A DNA stretch of 64,000 nucleotides from Gemmatimonadales bacterium (GCA_036004985.1 DASYQX010000030.1:4151-68150); one strand, 5' to 3'; counted from the first letter of the stretch, positions 8,940 through 18,314 are shown. Notes: generated by a model from the letters alone, not told the origin. Translations and numbers: made by a program.

Positions 8940-10927
8940 GAGTCGGGGTGGACGTCGGCGGCACGTTCACCGACCTCGTCGCAGTCGCTGCCGACGGCAC
9001 CCTCCACATCCGCAAAGTCGGCAGCACGCCGCGCGAGCCGGCGGTCGGACTCTTCAAGGCCGTCGACGAATTCGGAACCGGGAAGGTCGCGATCGCCGTG
9101 CTGGTGCACGGCACCACCGTCGCCACCAACGCGCTGCTGGAACGTGGGGGGGCGCGCCTGGCGCTGGTGACCACGTCCGGATTCGAGGACCTCCTCTGGT
9201 TGCGGCGTCAGGACCGGCCCGCCCTGTACGACCTGGCCCGCGATCACCCGCCGCCGCTCGTGGCGCGCTCCGCCGTGATCGGGGCGGTCGAGCGGGTGGG
9301 ACCCGCCGGCGCCGTCCTTCCCTTGACCGATCGCGAAGTGGCCCGGGTGACCGACGCGGTGCGTGCCCTCGCGCCGCCCCCTGAGGCGGTCGCGGTCGCG
9401 CTGCTGTTCGCGTTCCGCCATCCCGCGCACGAACAACGGCTCGCGGCGGCGCTGCGGGCCGCCCTGCCGGCCATCCCTGTGGTCGCGAGCCACGAGATCC
9501 TCCCCGTGTTCCGCGAATACGAGCGCACGAGTACGACCACCGCCGAGGCATACCTGCGGCCCAAGATTTCGGCGTACCTGTCCAAGACGGCGGCGGAAGC
9601 CGCGGCGCGTGGCGTGCGGGCGCTGCGGATCATGACCTCGAGCGGTGGGACGCTGGCGCCCGACGCGGCGGCGGCGCGCGCGGCGAGCCTGGCCCTGTCA
9701 GGACCAGCGGGTGGAGTCGTGGGCGCCCGTCTCGTTGGCGAGGCGGTGGGCGTGAAGGATCTGTTGACGCTCGACATGGGCGGGACGAGCGCCGACGCGA
9801 GCCTCGTCTCGGGCGGCGTCGCCGTGAGCGAGGGTGCGGAGACCGTCGCGGGGATTCCCCTCGCCCTGCCGGCGATCCTTATCGAGACGGTGAGCGCGGG
9901 AGGCGGGAGCATCGCCGCGGTCGATGAAGGCGGGGCGCTCAAAGTCGGGCCCCGCAGTGCGGGCGCGGAGCCGGGCCCGGCGTGCTACGGGCGGGGAGGC
10001 ACCGAGGCGACCGTCACCGACGCCTGCCTCGCGCTCGGCTGGCTCAACCCCGCGCAACCGCTCGCCGACGACGTGCGGCTCGACCCCGGCGCGGCGGAGC
10101 GGGCTCTGAGCGCGCTCGGCCGCGCGCTGGCTGGAAGTGGCGACATGCGCCGCGTGGCTGCAGGAATCGTCCAGGTGGCGACCGCCGTGATGGCGCGCGC
10201 GCTCAAGCGGGTGAGCGTCGCGCGCGGCATCGACCCGCGCACCATGGCGCTGCTGCCGTTCGGCGGGGCGGGCCCGCTGTTCGCCTGCGCGCTCGCCGAT
10301 GCGCTGGGCATGTCGCGCGTCGTCATCCCGCCGCACCCGGGCGTGCTGTCCGCGCTCGGCCTCGCCGCGGCGCCGGAGCGGGTGGAGCTGTTGGCATCGT
10401 GCCACCGGCCGCTCGCCACCCTCGATGCACGCGCGCTCGCCAGCGCCTTCCAGCCGGTGCTCGACGTGGCGGCGGCCGCGTTTCCGGAAAACGGCGCGAG
10501 CCTGGCGCGCTTCGCCGATTGTCGCTTCGCGGGGCAGGGGTACGAAGTCACGGTCGCCGCGTCGGAGGACGACCCCGCGGCGCTCGCGGCCGCGTTCCGC
10601 GCCGCGCACCGCCGGCGCTACGGCCACGCCGATCCCGACCAGCCGATCGAGCTGGTGAACGTGCGTGTGACCGCCGAGCGGGCGGTGCCGGCGCCGCGGC
10701 TGGGGATGCGCGCGGGGATCGGCGTCCCGACGCCGGCGCGCCGCGAGATCGTCACGCGGGAGGGCACGGTCGCCCGGGCCGAGGTGTGGCCGCTCGGGGA
10801 GCTTCCCACCGGCCTCGAGCTGCGGGGCCCGGCGGTGCTCGCCGGACCCGACGCCACGGGACTGATCGAGCCCGGGTGGCGCGGTACCGTCCACAGCAGC
10901 GGCGCCGTCGTCCTGGAGCGGCGATGA
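8936..10927 (+). CDS. Hydantoinase/5-oxoprolinase subunit A (HyuA-like)
   Basis: VGVDVGGTFTD, HGTTVATNALL, EYERTSTT, LSGPAGG, DMGGTS, AGGGS, GPACYG, FGGAG. Confidence 0.92.
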   Translation: MRVGVDVGGTFTDLVAVAADGTLHIRKVGSTPREPAVGLFKAVDEFGTGKVAIAVLVHGTTVATNALLERGGARLALVTTSGFEDLLWLRRQDRPALYDLARDHPPPLVARSAVIGAVERVGPAGAVLPLTDREVARVTDAVRALAPPPEAVAVALLFAFRHPAHEQRLAAALRAALPAIPVVASHEILPVFREYERTSTTTAEAYLRPKISAYLSKTAAEAAARGVRALRIMTSSGGTLAPDAAAARAASLALSGPAGGVVGARLVGEAVGVKDLLTLDMGGTSADASLVSGGVAVSEGAETVAGIPLALPAILIETVSAGGGSIAAVDEGGALKVGPRSAGAEPGPACYGRGGTEATVTDACLALGWLNPAQPLADDVRLDPGAAERALSALGRALAGSGDMRRVAAGIVQVATAVMARALKRVSVARGIDPRTMALLPFGGAGPLFACALADALGMSRVVIPPHPGVLSALGLAAAPERVELLASCHRPLATLDARALASAFQPVLDVAAAAFPENGASLARFADCRFAGQGYEVTVAASEDDPAALAAAFRAAHRRRYGHADPDQPIELVNVRVTAERAVPAPRLGMRAGIGVPTPARREIVTREGTVARAEVWPLGELPTGLELRGPAVLAGPDATGLIEPGWRGTVHSSGAVVLERR

Positions 10928-12492
10928 GCCTCGATGCCGTCGGCCTCGAGGTGATGGCCCACGCCTTCGCATCGGTCGCGGAGGAGATGGGCCTCGTGTT
11001 GGTGCACAGTGCGCTCTCGCCCAATATCCGCGAGCGCCGGGACGCGTCGGCGGCGCTGTTCGATGCCGACGGCGAGATGATCGCCCAGGCCGCCCACATC
11101 CCCGTGCATCTCGGCGCCCTGGCGGACGCCGTAGCCGCCGTGCGGGCGGCGCGGCCCGCTCCCGAACCGGGCGACCTCTTCATTCTCAACGATCCGTACT
11201 CAGGCGGCAGTCACCTGCCCGACCTCACGCTGGTCGGCGCGATCGAGGTCGACCGCGCGGTCGGCGGCTACAGCGTCGTGCGGGCGCACCACTCGGACGT
11301 CGGCGGGATCACGCCCGGGAGCATGCCGGCCGGGGCGCGGGAGATCTTCGCCGAAGGAATCGTGCTGCCGCCCGTGCGTCTCACGCCGGACGTGGAGCGG
11401 GTATTGCTCGCGAACGTGCGCACCCCTGCGATGCGGCGAGGCGACCTCGCGGCCCAACGCGCCGCCGTGGAGCGAGGCGCGGAGGGGCTCCGGGCCTTGG
11501 CGGCGCGGCACGGCTGGGCGGTGCTGCGCGAGGCCGCGCGGGACCTGCTGGACTACGCCGAGCGGCGGACGCGCGCGGCGCTCTCGCGCCTGCGTGCCAA
11601 GCGGCTCACCGCCACCGACTACCTCGAGGGCGACGGCATCGTCACCGACGACCTCGCCATCACCGTCGAGGTGAGCATCGAGGACGGCGTGTTCCAAGCC
11701 GACTTCAGCGGCACGGCGCCGGCGGCGGCCGGGAACGTCAACTGCCCGCTCGCCGTCACCCGTTCAGCGGTGCTGTTCGTGGTCCGGACGCTGTTGTCCG
11801 ATGACGTCCCCACGAACGGCGGTGTGCAGCGCGCGGTGCGCGTCACGGCGCCGGAGGGCTGTCTGGTCAATGCGCGGCTGCCGAGCGCGGTGGCGGCGGG
11901 CAACGTCGAGACCTCGCAGCGCATCGCCGACACGGTGTTCCGCGCGCTGGCACAGGGCGGGGTGCCCGTCCCGGCGCAGGGACAAGGCACGATGAACAAC
12001 GTGACTCTCGGGGGCCTGGGGGCTGGGGGCTCGGGGCTAGGGAGTGGCTGGACGTACTATGAGACGATCGGCGGGGGGCAGGGCGCGAGCCAGGGCGCGA
12101 ACGGGCCATCCGGCGTGCACGTGGGGATGTCCAACACGCGCAATACGCCGATCGAGGTACTGGAGCTCGAGTGTCCGCTCAGGGTTCGCACCTACGCATT
12201 GCGGCGGGGCAGTGGGGGCGGCGGGAAGTGGACAGGCGGAGAGGGCGTCGTGCGGGAGCTCGAAGCGCTGGCGCCGATGGACGCGACGCTGCTGACGGAG
12301 CGCCGCCGCCACCGGCCCCGCGGCGCGGCGGGCGGATCCAACGGCGCGCGCGGCGCGAACCTGCTCAACGGCACGCCGCTCGCCGCAAAGGCCACGCTGC
12401 ACCTCGCGGCGGGAGACGTCTTGCGCATCGAGACCCCCGGCGGCGGCGGATGGGGGGAAGGGAAACCTGACCGGAAAGGATCGGCCAAATGA
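10924..12492 (+). CDS. Hydantoinase B/oxoprolinase family subunit
   Basis: SPNIRERRD, HIPVHLG, NDPYSGGSHLPD, HHSDVGG, GNVETSQR, YYETIGGG, ETPGGGGWG. Confidence 0.92.
   Translation: MSLDAVGLEVMAHAFASVAEEMGLVLVHSALSPNIRERRDASAALFDADGEMIAQAAHIPVHLGALADAVAAVRAARPAPEPGDLFILNDPYSGGSHLPDLTLVGAIEVDRAVGGYSVVRAHHSDVGGITPGSMPAGAREIFAEGIVLPPVRLTPDVERVLLANVRTPAMRRGDLAAQRAAVERGAEGLRALAARHGWAVLREAARDLLDYAERRTRAALSRLRAKRLTATDYLEGDGIVTDDLAITVEVSIEDGVFQADFSGTAPAAAGNVNCPLAVTRSAVLFVVRTLLSDDVPTNGGVQRAVRVTAPEGCLVNARLPSAVAAGNVETSQRIADTVFRALAQGGVPVPAQGQGTMNNVTLGGLGAGGSGLGSGWTYYETIGGGQGASQGANGPSGVHVGMSNTRNTPIEVLELECPLRVRTYALRRGSGGGGKWTGGEGVVRELEALAPMDATLLTERRRHRPRGAAGGSNGARGANLLNGTPLAAKATLHLAAGDVLRIETPGGGGWGEGKPDRKGSAK
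12011..12043 (+). repeat. In-frame heptamer repeat (GGGGCTN) inside hydantoinase B
   Basis: ggggcct gggggct gggggct cggggct aggg; encodes a Gly-rich stretch GLGAGGSGLG. Confidence 0.6.
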
Positions 12493-12845
12493 CGTGGGTC
12501 TTCGTGGCACTCCTGGGGTTGGCGGCGGGGGTTGTATCTGGACTGTTCGGCGTCGGCGGGGCGATCGTGATCATTCCCGGCCTGGTGCTGATCGCGAAGC
12601 TGCCGCAGCACACGGCGCACGGCACGTCGCTCGCCGCGCTGCTCCTGCCGGTCGGGATCCTCGGCGCGCTCGAGTACTACAAGCGAGGGCAGGTGAACAT
12701 CGCCTTCGCCGCGATCGTCGCCGTCGGTCTTCTGATCGGCGCGTACTTCGGAGCCCGGCTGGCGGGCACGATGTCGGACGTGATCCTGCGGAAGGCGTTC
12801 GGCGTGTTCCTGCTGCTCGTGTCGGTGCGGCTGCTGGCGTCGTAG
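12489..12845 (+). CDS. Sulfite exporter TauE/SafE family protein, half-size
   Basis: GLAAGVVSGLFGVGGAIVIIP, AHGTSLA, GAYFGARLA, LRKAFGVFL; about 4 TM helices. Confidence 0.85.
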   Translation: MTWVFVALLGLAAGVVSGLFGVGGAIVIIPGLVLIAKLPQHTAHGTSLAALLLPVGILGALEYYKRGQVNIAFAAIVAVGLLIGAYFGARLAGTMSDVILRKAFGVFLLLVSVRLLAS

Positions 12846-12884
12846 GCTGGTGACGCCACGGGGCGACGACAGGGTACTCTAGTC

Positions 12885-13421
12885 ATGAGCACCCGGCGCG
12901 TCCTGTTTCTCCTTCTCTGGCTAGCCGCGTGCGGTAGCGAGGATCGCGTCCTCGAGCCCGCGGTCGGCCTCCCGGCAGAGCTGCATGTCGTCGGGACCGC
13001 GGCGGGTCCCCGCGGCGACGGCGGTTCGATCTCCTGCGGTTTCGCTCTGCTGGTTACCCTGGCCGAGCGCCGGCGCACACCGGCTTGGATCGAATACGAA
13101 GGGTCCATGGGAGGCGAGGCTCACCGCGCCACGCTCGATAGCGCCGGCGGGGGCTTTGAGTTCTGGGCGGATGTCGCCTGGCCCAGCGTCGTGGCGCGAC
13201 TGGTAAGCCAGGACAGCATCGAGCTCCTGATCGGGGATACGACGATCACCGACCGCCGCTTCTGGCGCGAGATGGCCTTCATCAGGGGTGCACGGCATCC
13301 CGAAGACCCCGGGTCGGGCACCTGGACCTGCGCGCCGTTCGACATCTACGAGGGCGGCTACGTCGACACGATGGGGGTGGTGCAGGGTACGTGGTGGGTG
13401 GAGCCGCCCAGCGCTCGGTAG
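12885..13421 (+). CDS. Hypothetical lipoprotein
   Basis: Signal peptide II with lipobox LAAC; typical codon usage. Confidence 0.6.
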   Translation: MSTRRVLFLLLWLAACGSEDRVLEPAVGLPAELHVVGTAAGPRGDGGSISCGFALLVTLAERRRTPAWIEYEGSMGGEAHRATLDSAGGGFEFWADVAWPSVVARLVSQDSIELLIGDTTITDRRFWREMAFIRGARHPEDPGSGTWTCAPFDIYEGGYVDTMGVVQGTWWVEPPSAR

Positions 13422-13424
13422 ACG

Positions 13425-15389
13425 TTACGCTTCCGGCGTCGTCCTCTCGAACACCTTCCCCTCCACGAACAGCCGGTACAACTCCGGATCGAGCTGCCCG
13501 TCTTTCACTTCGTGGGTCAGGATGTCGAGCGCCCGCTCGAGCGGCACCGCGCGCTTGTAGGGCCGGTCCTGGGCCGTCAGCGCGTCGTAGATGTCGCTGA
13601 TCGTCATCATGCGCGTCTGGATGGGGATCGCCTCGCCGGTGACGCGGCGCGGGTACCCGCGCCCGTCGAGTTTCTCGTGGTGCCCGTAGGCGATCAGCGG
13701 CACCTGCTGCAGCTCGCGCGTCCACGGGATGCGCTGCAGGAACTGGAAGGTGTGGCTGACGTGGCTCTCGATCTCGTGCCGCTCGGCGTCGTCGAGGCTG
13801 CCCTTGCGGATCGTGAGAAAGCGGATCTCGTCCGGCGTGAGGAACGGCTCGGTGGCGCCGTCGAAGGCGAGGTAGGTGCGCCGCGACCACGCCTGCAGCT
13901 CCTCGAAGCTCCCCTCTGGGAGAATGCTCGGCTCGTTGGCCTGCAGCACCGTGGCGAGGAACCTGTCGAGCCGCGCGAGCTCTTCCTGGTGTGCCGCCTG
14001 CTGCTCCTGCACGAACAGGTCGTAGCCCTTGTTGCCGTGCGCCTCGAGGAACTCGGCGCGCCGGCGCCAGAACTCCCGCTCGGCGGTGCGCCGGATGAAG
14101 GCGTGGCGGTGCTTGATCAACGCCAGGTCCGGCGGATAGAGCTTCTTCGCCTTCACCAGCACCTGCTCGCGCACGCCCACCTTGCCGAAGTCGTGCAGCA
14201 GGGCCGCGTACCGGATCTCGCGCACCTGCTCGCGCGTGAAGCGGACGTTGCGGTACGTGCCGTCGCCGGCCCGGTCGACGACCTCCGCGAGGCCCACCGT
14301 CATCCCCGCCACGCGCCCGCTGTGGCCGTACGTCGTCGGATCGCGCTGCTCGATCGCGTGCACCGCCGCGAGCACGAAGCCCTCGAACAGCTTCTCGATG
14401 TCCTCGTACAGCCGGCTGTTCTCGATGGCCACGGCCGCCTGGCCGGCGAGGGCAGTCACCAACTCGACGGTGCGCTTGGAATAGGGCACGACCTGGTCCT
14501 CGACCTCCGCGGGGGCGGCGAGCACGGCGTCGAAGTTCCGCTTGCGGTTGATGAGCTGGAGGACGCCGATGATGTCGTCCTTGTGGTCCTTCATGGGGAT
14601 CACGAGCATCGATTTGGTGCGGTAGCCCCAGCGCTCGTCGAATGACCGGTTGATCGTGTACTCGACGTCGGGCGGCAGGAAGTAGGCGTCGTCGATGACG
14701 AGCGGCTCTCCGGTGACGGCGCAATAGCCGGCGAGGCTGGAGCGGTCGACGGGGATCGTGAACTCGACGAACGGCGCCTCGGGCTTGGAGAACGTTTGCG
14801 CCAGCCGGAAGCGCAGGCGTTTCAGACCCGGCTCGCTGGTCTCGACCAGGTACAAGCTGCCGGCGTCCGACTGGGTGATGCGCCGCGCCTGCGTGAGGAT
14901 CAGGTCGAGCAGCGTCTTCAAGTCGCGCTCCGTGCCGAGCGCGACGCCGATGCGGGTCAGCTCGCCGATCTCGCGGGCGCGCTGCGCCGCTTCCCCCCGT
15001 GCGCGCGCCGTCTCCGCGCGGCCCGCCGCCTCCCGGAACCCCGCCCGGATCGCGACCAGCAGGCGCCGGGGGCTCGTGGGGTGCGTGAGGAAGCCGGAGA
15101 GGAACTCGGTCGGCAGGGTATCGGGGACGTCCGTTTCCCCCTCGCGGCCGAGCGCGACCATCGCGCCGCCCGCATCCACGAAGGCGCGCATCACGTCCAC
15201 CGGGAAGGCGGAGCGGCTCTCGGCATCGAGCAGGAACACGGTGGGCCGGTCGTCGGCCACGGCGAGGTCGCGCGGCCGGCGCACCTCGCGCGCTTCGACC
15301 TGCGAGGTCTCGAGCGCCGGCGCCACGGCGTCGGGGTGCCACTTGGGGGGATGCAGCAGCAGGTATCTCACGGCCGCAGCTGGCCCCAC
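13425..15389 (-). CDS. GAF + HD-GYP cyclic-dinucleotide phosphodiesterase (start may be GTG 15371)
   Basis: GAF (DAGSLYL, YRTKSMLVIPM, GVLQLIN, AAVAIENSRLY); HSGRVA, LLHDFGK, HHEKLDGRGYP, DIYDALT..DRPYK. Confidence 0.92.
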   Translation of the reverse strand: MGPAAAVRYLLLHPPKWHPDAVAPALETSQVEAREVRRPRDLAVADDRPTVFLLDAESRSAFPVDVMRAFVDAGGAMVALGREGETDVPDTLPTEFLSGFLTHPTSPRRLLVAIRAGFREAAGRAETARARGEAAQRAREIGELTRIGVALGTERDLKTLLDLILTQARRITQSDAGSLYLVETSEPGLKRLRFRLAQTFSKPEAPFVEFTIPVDRSSLAGYCAVTGEPLVIDDAYFLPPDVEYTINRSFDERWGYRTKSMLVIPMKDHKDDIIGVLQLINRKRNFDAVLAAPAEVEDQVVPYSKRTVELVTALAGQAAVAIENSRLYEDIEKLFEGFVLAAVHAIEQRDPTTYGHSGRVAGMTVGLAEVVDRAGDGTYRNVRFTREQVREIRYAALLHDFGKVGVREQVLVKAKKLYPPDLALIKHRHAFIRRTAEREFWRRRAEFLEAHGNKGYDLFVQEQQAAHQEELARLDRFLATVLQANEPSILPEGSFEELQAWSRRTYLAFDGATEPFLTPDEIRFLTIRKGSLDDAERHEIESHVSHTFQFLQRIPWTRELQQVPLIAYGHHEKLDGRGYPRRVTGEAIPIQTRMMTISDIYDALTAQDRPYKRAVPLERALDILTHEVKDGQLDPELYRLFVEGKVFERTTPEA

Positions 15390-15507
15390 ATCGCAGTCAA
15401 GTTCGCGAGGGGTTCCCGCAGATCGGAACGGTTTTCCATGCCCGTGCCTGGGCCGTCGATCAACTCGAGCCGGCTACGACCCGGCTGGTCGCGGCCAGCT
15501 GGGACCC

Positions 15508-16203
15508 CTAGGAGCGCTGCACCCGCTGGAGGCCTTCCTGGGCCTCCGCGTAGTCGGGGAAGATCGCCAGCGCGCGGTTGAACATCTCGACCGCCTTGTC
15601 TTTCTGCCCGCGGTCCTGGAACAGCAGGGCGCGCGAGTAGTACGTCAGCGCTTCCGTGGGCACCTGCCGACTCATCCGCTGGTCGCTCGTCTGGCGCGGG
15701 AGTGCCGGGAGGTTCGCGTCCTTCATGAGGCGCGCGGCGACGTTGCGAATGATGTCGAACAGGTGGTCGCGCTGCATCCGCTCGGACTCGGTCTTGACGA
15801 CCTCGCTCGTTTCGGTGTTGATAAGCCGTACGTCCACGCGGAAGTCGCCGTAAAAATCGACGAACGTGCCCATCACCATGTAGCGGGCGCCGACGAGCTT
15901 GCCGATTTTCGCCGCGGTCGCGGCGTCCACGCGGCCCTGGGCGCCGAGGTTCTGCTCCTCGAGCAGCCGCTGGACTTCCTGGCGCTCCACGACGCGCGCC
16001 GCCGGGTTCGCGCTCAGCTCGGAGATCATCATCCCCGCGATCCCGCGCTCCAGGGCCTCGAAGTCTTCCTTCCCCTGGCCGTAGGAGCCGCCGTTGTTGA
16101 AGGGGAGCACGGCGAGGCCGGGCCGGGTGTCCTGACCGCGCTGCTGCGCGCCAAGCAGGACCGGCACCAGGCTCAACACCGTCACGACCGAACGCACACG
16201 CAT
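15508..16203 (-). CDS. Exported CsgG/FlgO/TolB-N-like domain protein with a C-terminal TPR
   Basis: Signal peptide; LAVLPFNN, RVVERQEVQRLLEEQ, AAKIGKLVGARYMVMG, VRLINTETSEV; TPR AVEMFNRALAIFPDYAEA. Confidence 0.8.
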   Translation of the reverse strand: MRVRSVVTVLSLVPVLLGAQQRGQDTRPGLAVLPFNNGGSYGQGKEDFEALERGIAGMMISELSANPAARVVERQEVQRLLEEQNLGAQGRVDAATAAKIGKLVGARYMVMGTFVDFYGDFRVDVRLINTETSEVVKTESERMQRDHLFDIIRNVAARLMKDANLPALPRQTSDQRMSRQVPTEALTYYSRALLFQDRGQKDKAVEMFNRALAIFPDYAEAQEGLQRVQRS

Positions 16204-16217
16204 ATCCGCTCCTCAGG

Positions 16218-17084
16218 TCACAAGGTTACTTTCATGCCTTCTTGCGCGGCCAGCACCTCGAGCGGCCGGCCGCTTTTTTTCGCGTAACTCCGAGCCGCGT
16301 TCACGAGGCCGTCCATCATGTCGTCGCCGTGCTCCGGCTCGTGATGGAACAGCACCAGCCGTTTCGCCGCGGCTTCCTGGGCCAGGGCCACAGCTTCTTC
16401 GTAAGTCGAGTGCCCCCACCCACGGTGCTGCTCCAGCTCGGCCGGCGTGTACATCGCGTCGTGGATCAGCAGGTCCACGCCCTGCAGGAACGCCACGAAA
16501 TCGCGGCGCCACGTGGGTGGCGAGTCGTAATGCCCGCCCGGCCCCAGCTCGTTGTCCGTCACGTACGCCATGCTCGGCCCGCCCTTGGCGGGGCTCAGCC
16601 GGTAGCCCAGCGTCGTCCCCGGGTGGCGCAGCTTCATCGTCCGGACGCGGAACGCGCCGAGCGAGAACTCCGCGGGCTCGACCTGCTGTACGGTCAGCTG
16701 CGCCGACAGCGCATCCAGCGGCACCGGGAAGACGGCCGGGTCCATCTGCTGGCGCAGGATCGCCTCGAGTGACGCGGTCCCCTGGCGCGTTCCCCAGATG
16801 CGGACGGTGTTCCCCGGGGCGAAGAACGGCTTGAAGTGCGGCAACCCTTGAATGTGGTCCCAGTGCGCGTGCGACAGCAGGATCTCCGCTTTCACCGCGC
16901 CGTTCTGCTTCTCGACCAACTGCAGGCCCAGCGCCCGGATCCCGGTCCCGGCGTCCAGGATGACCAGGTGCCCCCCGGCGTCCTCCACGGCGACGCACGG
17001 CGTGTTGCCGCCGTAGCGCGCGGTGTGGGCACCGGGCGTCGGGATGCTACCCCGAGTCCCCCAGAAGGTCACCGTGTAGGCCAT
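16218..17084 (-). CDS. MBL-fold metallo-hydrolase (RNase Z / class II phosphodiesterase-like)
   Basis: FWGTRGS, YGGNTPC, LDAGTG, SHAHWDHIQG, YVTDNE, WGHST, LFHHEP. Confidence 0.9.
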   Translation of the reverse strand: MAYTVTFWGTRGSIPTPGAHTARYGGNTPCVAVEDAGGHLVILDAGTGIRALGLQLVEKQNGAVKAEILLSHAHWDHIQGLPHFKPFFAPGNTVRIWGTRQGTASLEAILRQQMDPAVFPVPLDALSAQLTVQQVEPAEFSLGAFRVRTMKLRHPGTTLGYRLSPAKGGPSMAYVTDNELGPGGHYDSPPTWRRDFVAFLQGVDLLIHDAMYTPAELEQHRGWGHSTYEEAVALAQEAAAKRLVLFHHEPEHGDDMMDGLVNAARSYAKKSGRPLEVLAAQEGMKVTL

Positions 17085-17162
17085 GCGTTCAGGCACGCCG
17101 CAACTCGCGCTAAGTTACTGGAAATCCGTGACGTAGAACAAGCGACACCCTCACCCGCGGTC

Positions 17163-17178
17163 CGTGACTTGCCTCACG
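17163..17178. promoter_or_regulatory. Putative CRP-family binding site CGTGA-N6-TCACG
   Basis: Perfect palindrome cgtga cttgcc tcacg overlapping the crp stop codon, upstream of the MBL gene and its candidate -10 (TAACTT, 17117-17112). Confidence 0.55.
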
Positions 17179-17869
17179 AGCGTCCCGCCGCCTGCTCCAG
17201 CGCGCCGCGGTCGCGGATCAGGATGTCCTTGCGGCTGACGTCGATCAGTCCCTTGTCGACGAACTCGCGCATCGTGCGGGACACGGTCTCGCGTGACGAG
17301 CCGATCATCTGCGCGATGGTGTGGTGGGTGAGCCGGCGCGTGATTTTCTGGCCGTCGGTTTCGTCGGCCAGCTCGAGCAGCAGTTGAGCGACGCGGCCGT
17401 GGACGTCGAGCAGCACGAGACTGCCGACCTTTTCGTCCACGCGGCGCAGGCGGCGGGAAAGCTCGCGCAGCAGGGCGAGCGCGATGCCGGGGGTGTGGGT
17501 GAGGATGCCCTGGAAGTCCTCGCGGCGCAGCACGATGAGCGTCGAGTCTTCCATCGCGATCACGTGCGCCGAGCGGGGCTCGTCGTCGATCAGGGCCATC
17601 TCGCCGAAGAATTCTCCCTCGCCCAGCACGGAGAGAATGACCTCGCGACCGTCTTCGCCGATCAGGACGACCTTCACCTGGCCCTTGGCGACGACGTAGA
17701 GCGCGTCGCCGGGGTCGTCTTCGAACAGGATGACGGAGTTCTTGGGGTAACTGCGCTCGCGGGCGACCTCGACGACCCGCTGCAGCTCGGGAGGGGCGAG
17801 CTGGCTGAACAGCGGCACTTTCTGGAGCACGACTGCTGCCGACACTCGGGGTCTCCCCCCCTTGGGCAA
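17174..17869 (-). CDS. Crp/Fnr family transcriptional regulator (start may be GTG 17845)
   Basis: cNMP pocket FFGEMAL...PRSA; HTH IAQMIGSSRETVSR. Confidence 0.93.
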   Translation of the reverse strand: MPKGGRPRVSAAVVLQKVPLFSQLAPPELQRVVEVARERSYPKNSVILFEDDPGDALYVVAKGQVKVVLIGEDGREVILSVLGEGEFFGEMALIDDEPRSAHVIAMEDSTLIVLRREDFQGILTHTPGIALALLRELSRRLRRVDEKVGSLVLLDVHGRVAQLLLELADETDGQKITRRLTHHTIAQMIGSSRETVSRTMREFVDKGLIDVSRKDILIRDRGALEQAAGRS

Positions 17870-17888
17870 GGGTGTTTCGGGATGGGCA

Positions 17889-17917
17889 AGCTTAGGCGTG
17901 TATTAGGGTTGTGTCAA
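17889..17917 (-). promoter_or_regulatory. Sigma70-type promoter of the crp-like gene
   Basis: TTGACA (17917-17912), 17 nt spacer, TAAGCT (17894-17889), in an AT-rich island. Confidence 0.7.
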
Positions 17918-17969
17918 ATTCGGGCAGGACGCGGGCTCCTTCTCGCTGCACCAGGGCCCATCAATGCTG

Positions 17970-18293
17970 CTAGATCGGCCGGAACAGGTCCGCCAGCTCG
18001 ACCGTGAACGGCACCTCGGCACCCGCCGGATGCCACACCAGCCGCTCCCGCTCGACCGCCGGAAACCGATCCTCGGGCCGCCACACCTCCACGAACCGTG
18101 CGTCGCCGTCCACGATCCAGTACAGCGGCACGCCCTGCTCCTGGTACAGCCGGCGCTTCGTGAACCGGTCGTAGCGGAGTGACGACGGACCCAGGATCTC
18201 GACGGCGAGGAGGAGGTGCCGGATCTGAGACCAGTCGAGTGTTCGGACATGATCGAGGGGCGCCACGAGGACGTCCGGCTCCTCGTCCCGCAC
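17970..18293 (-). pseudogene. Uma2 family (restriction-endonuclease-like) protein, C-terminal fragment
   Basis: [36 protein letters not shown]; the N-terminal part typical of Uma2 is absent. Confidence 0.7.
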
Positions 18294-18314
18294 GACACAC
18301 CAAAACCCCGCGGC

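Noticed and set aside
17125..17142. Second CRP half-site (tccgtgac repeated at 17125 and 17161)
   Set aside because: The other half does not match TCAC at N6 spacing; too weak to call
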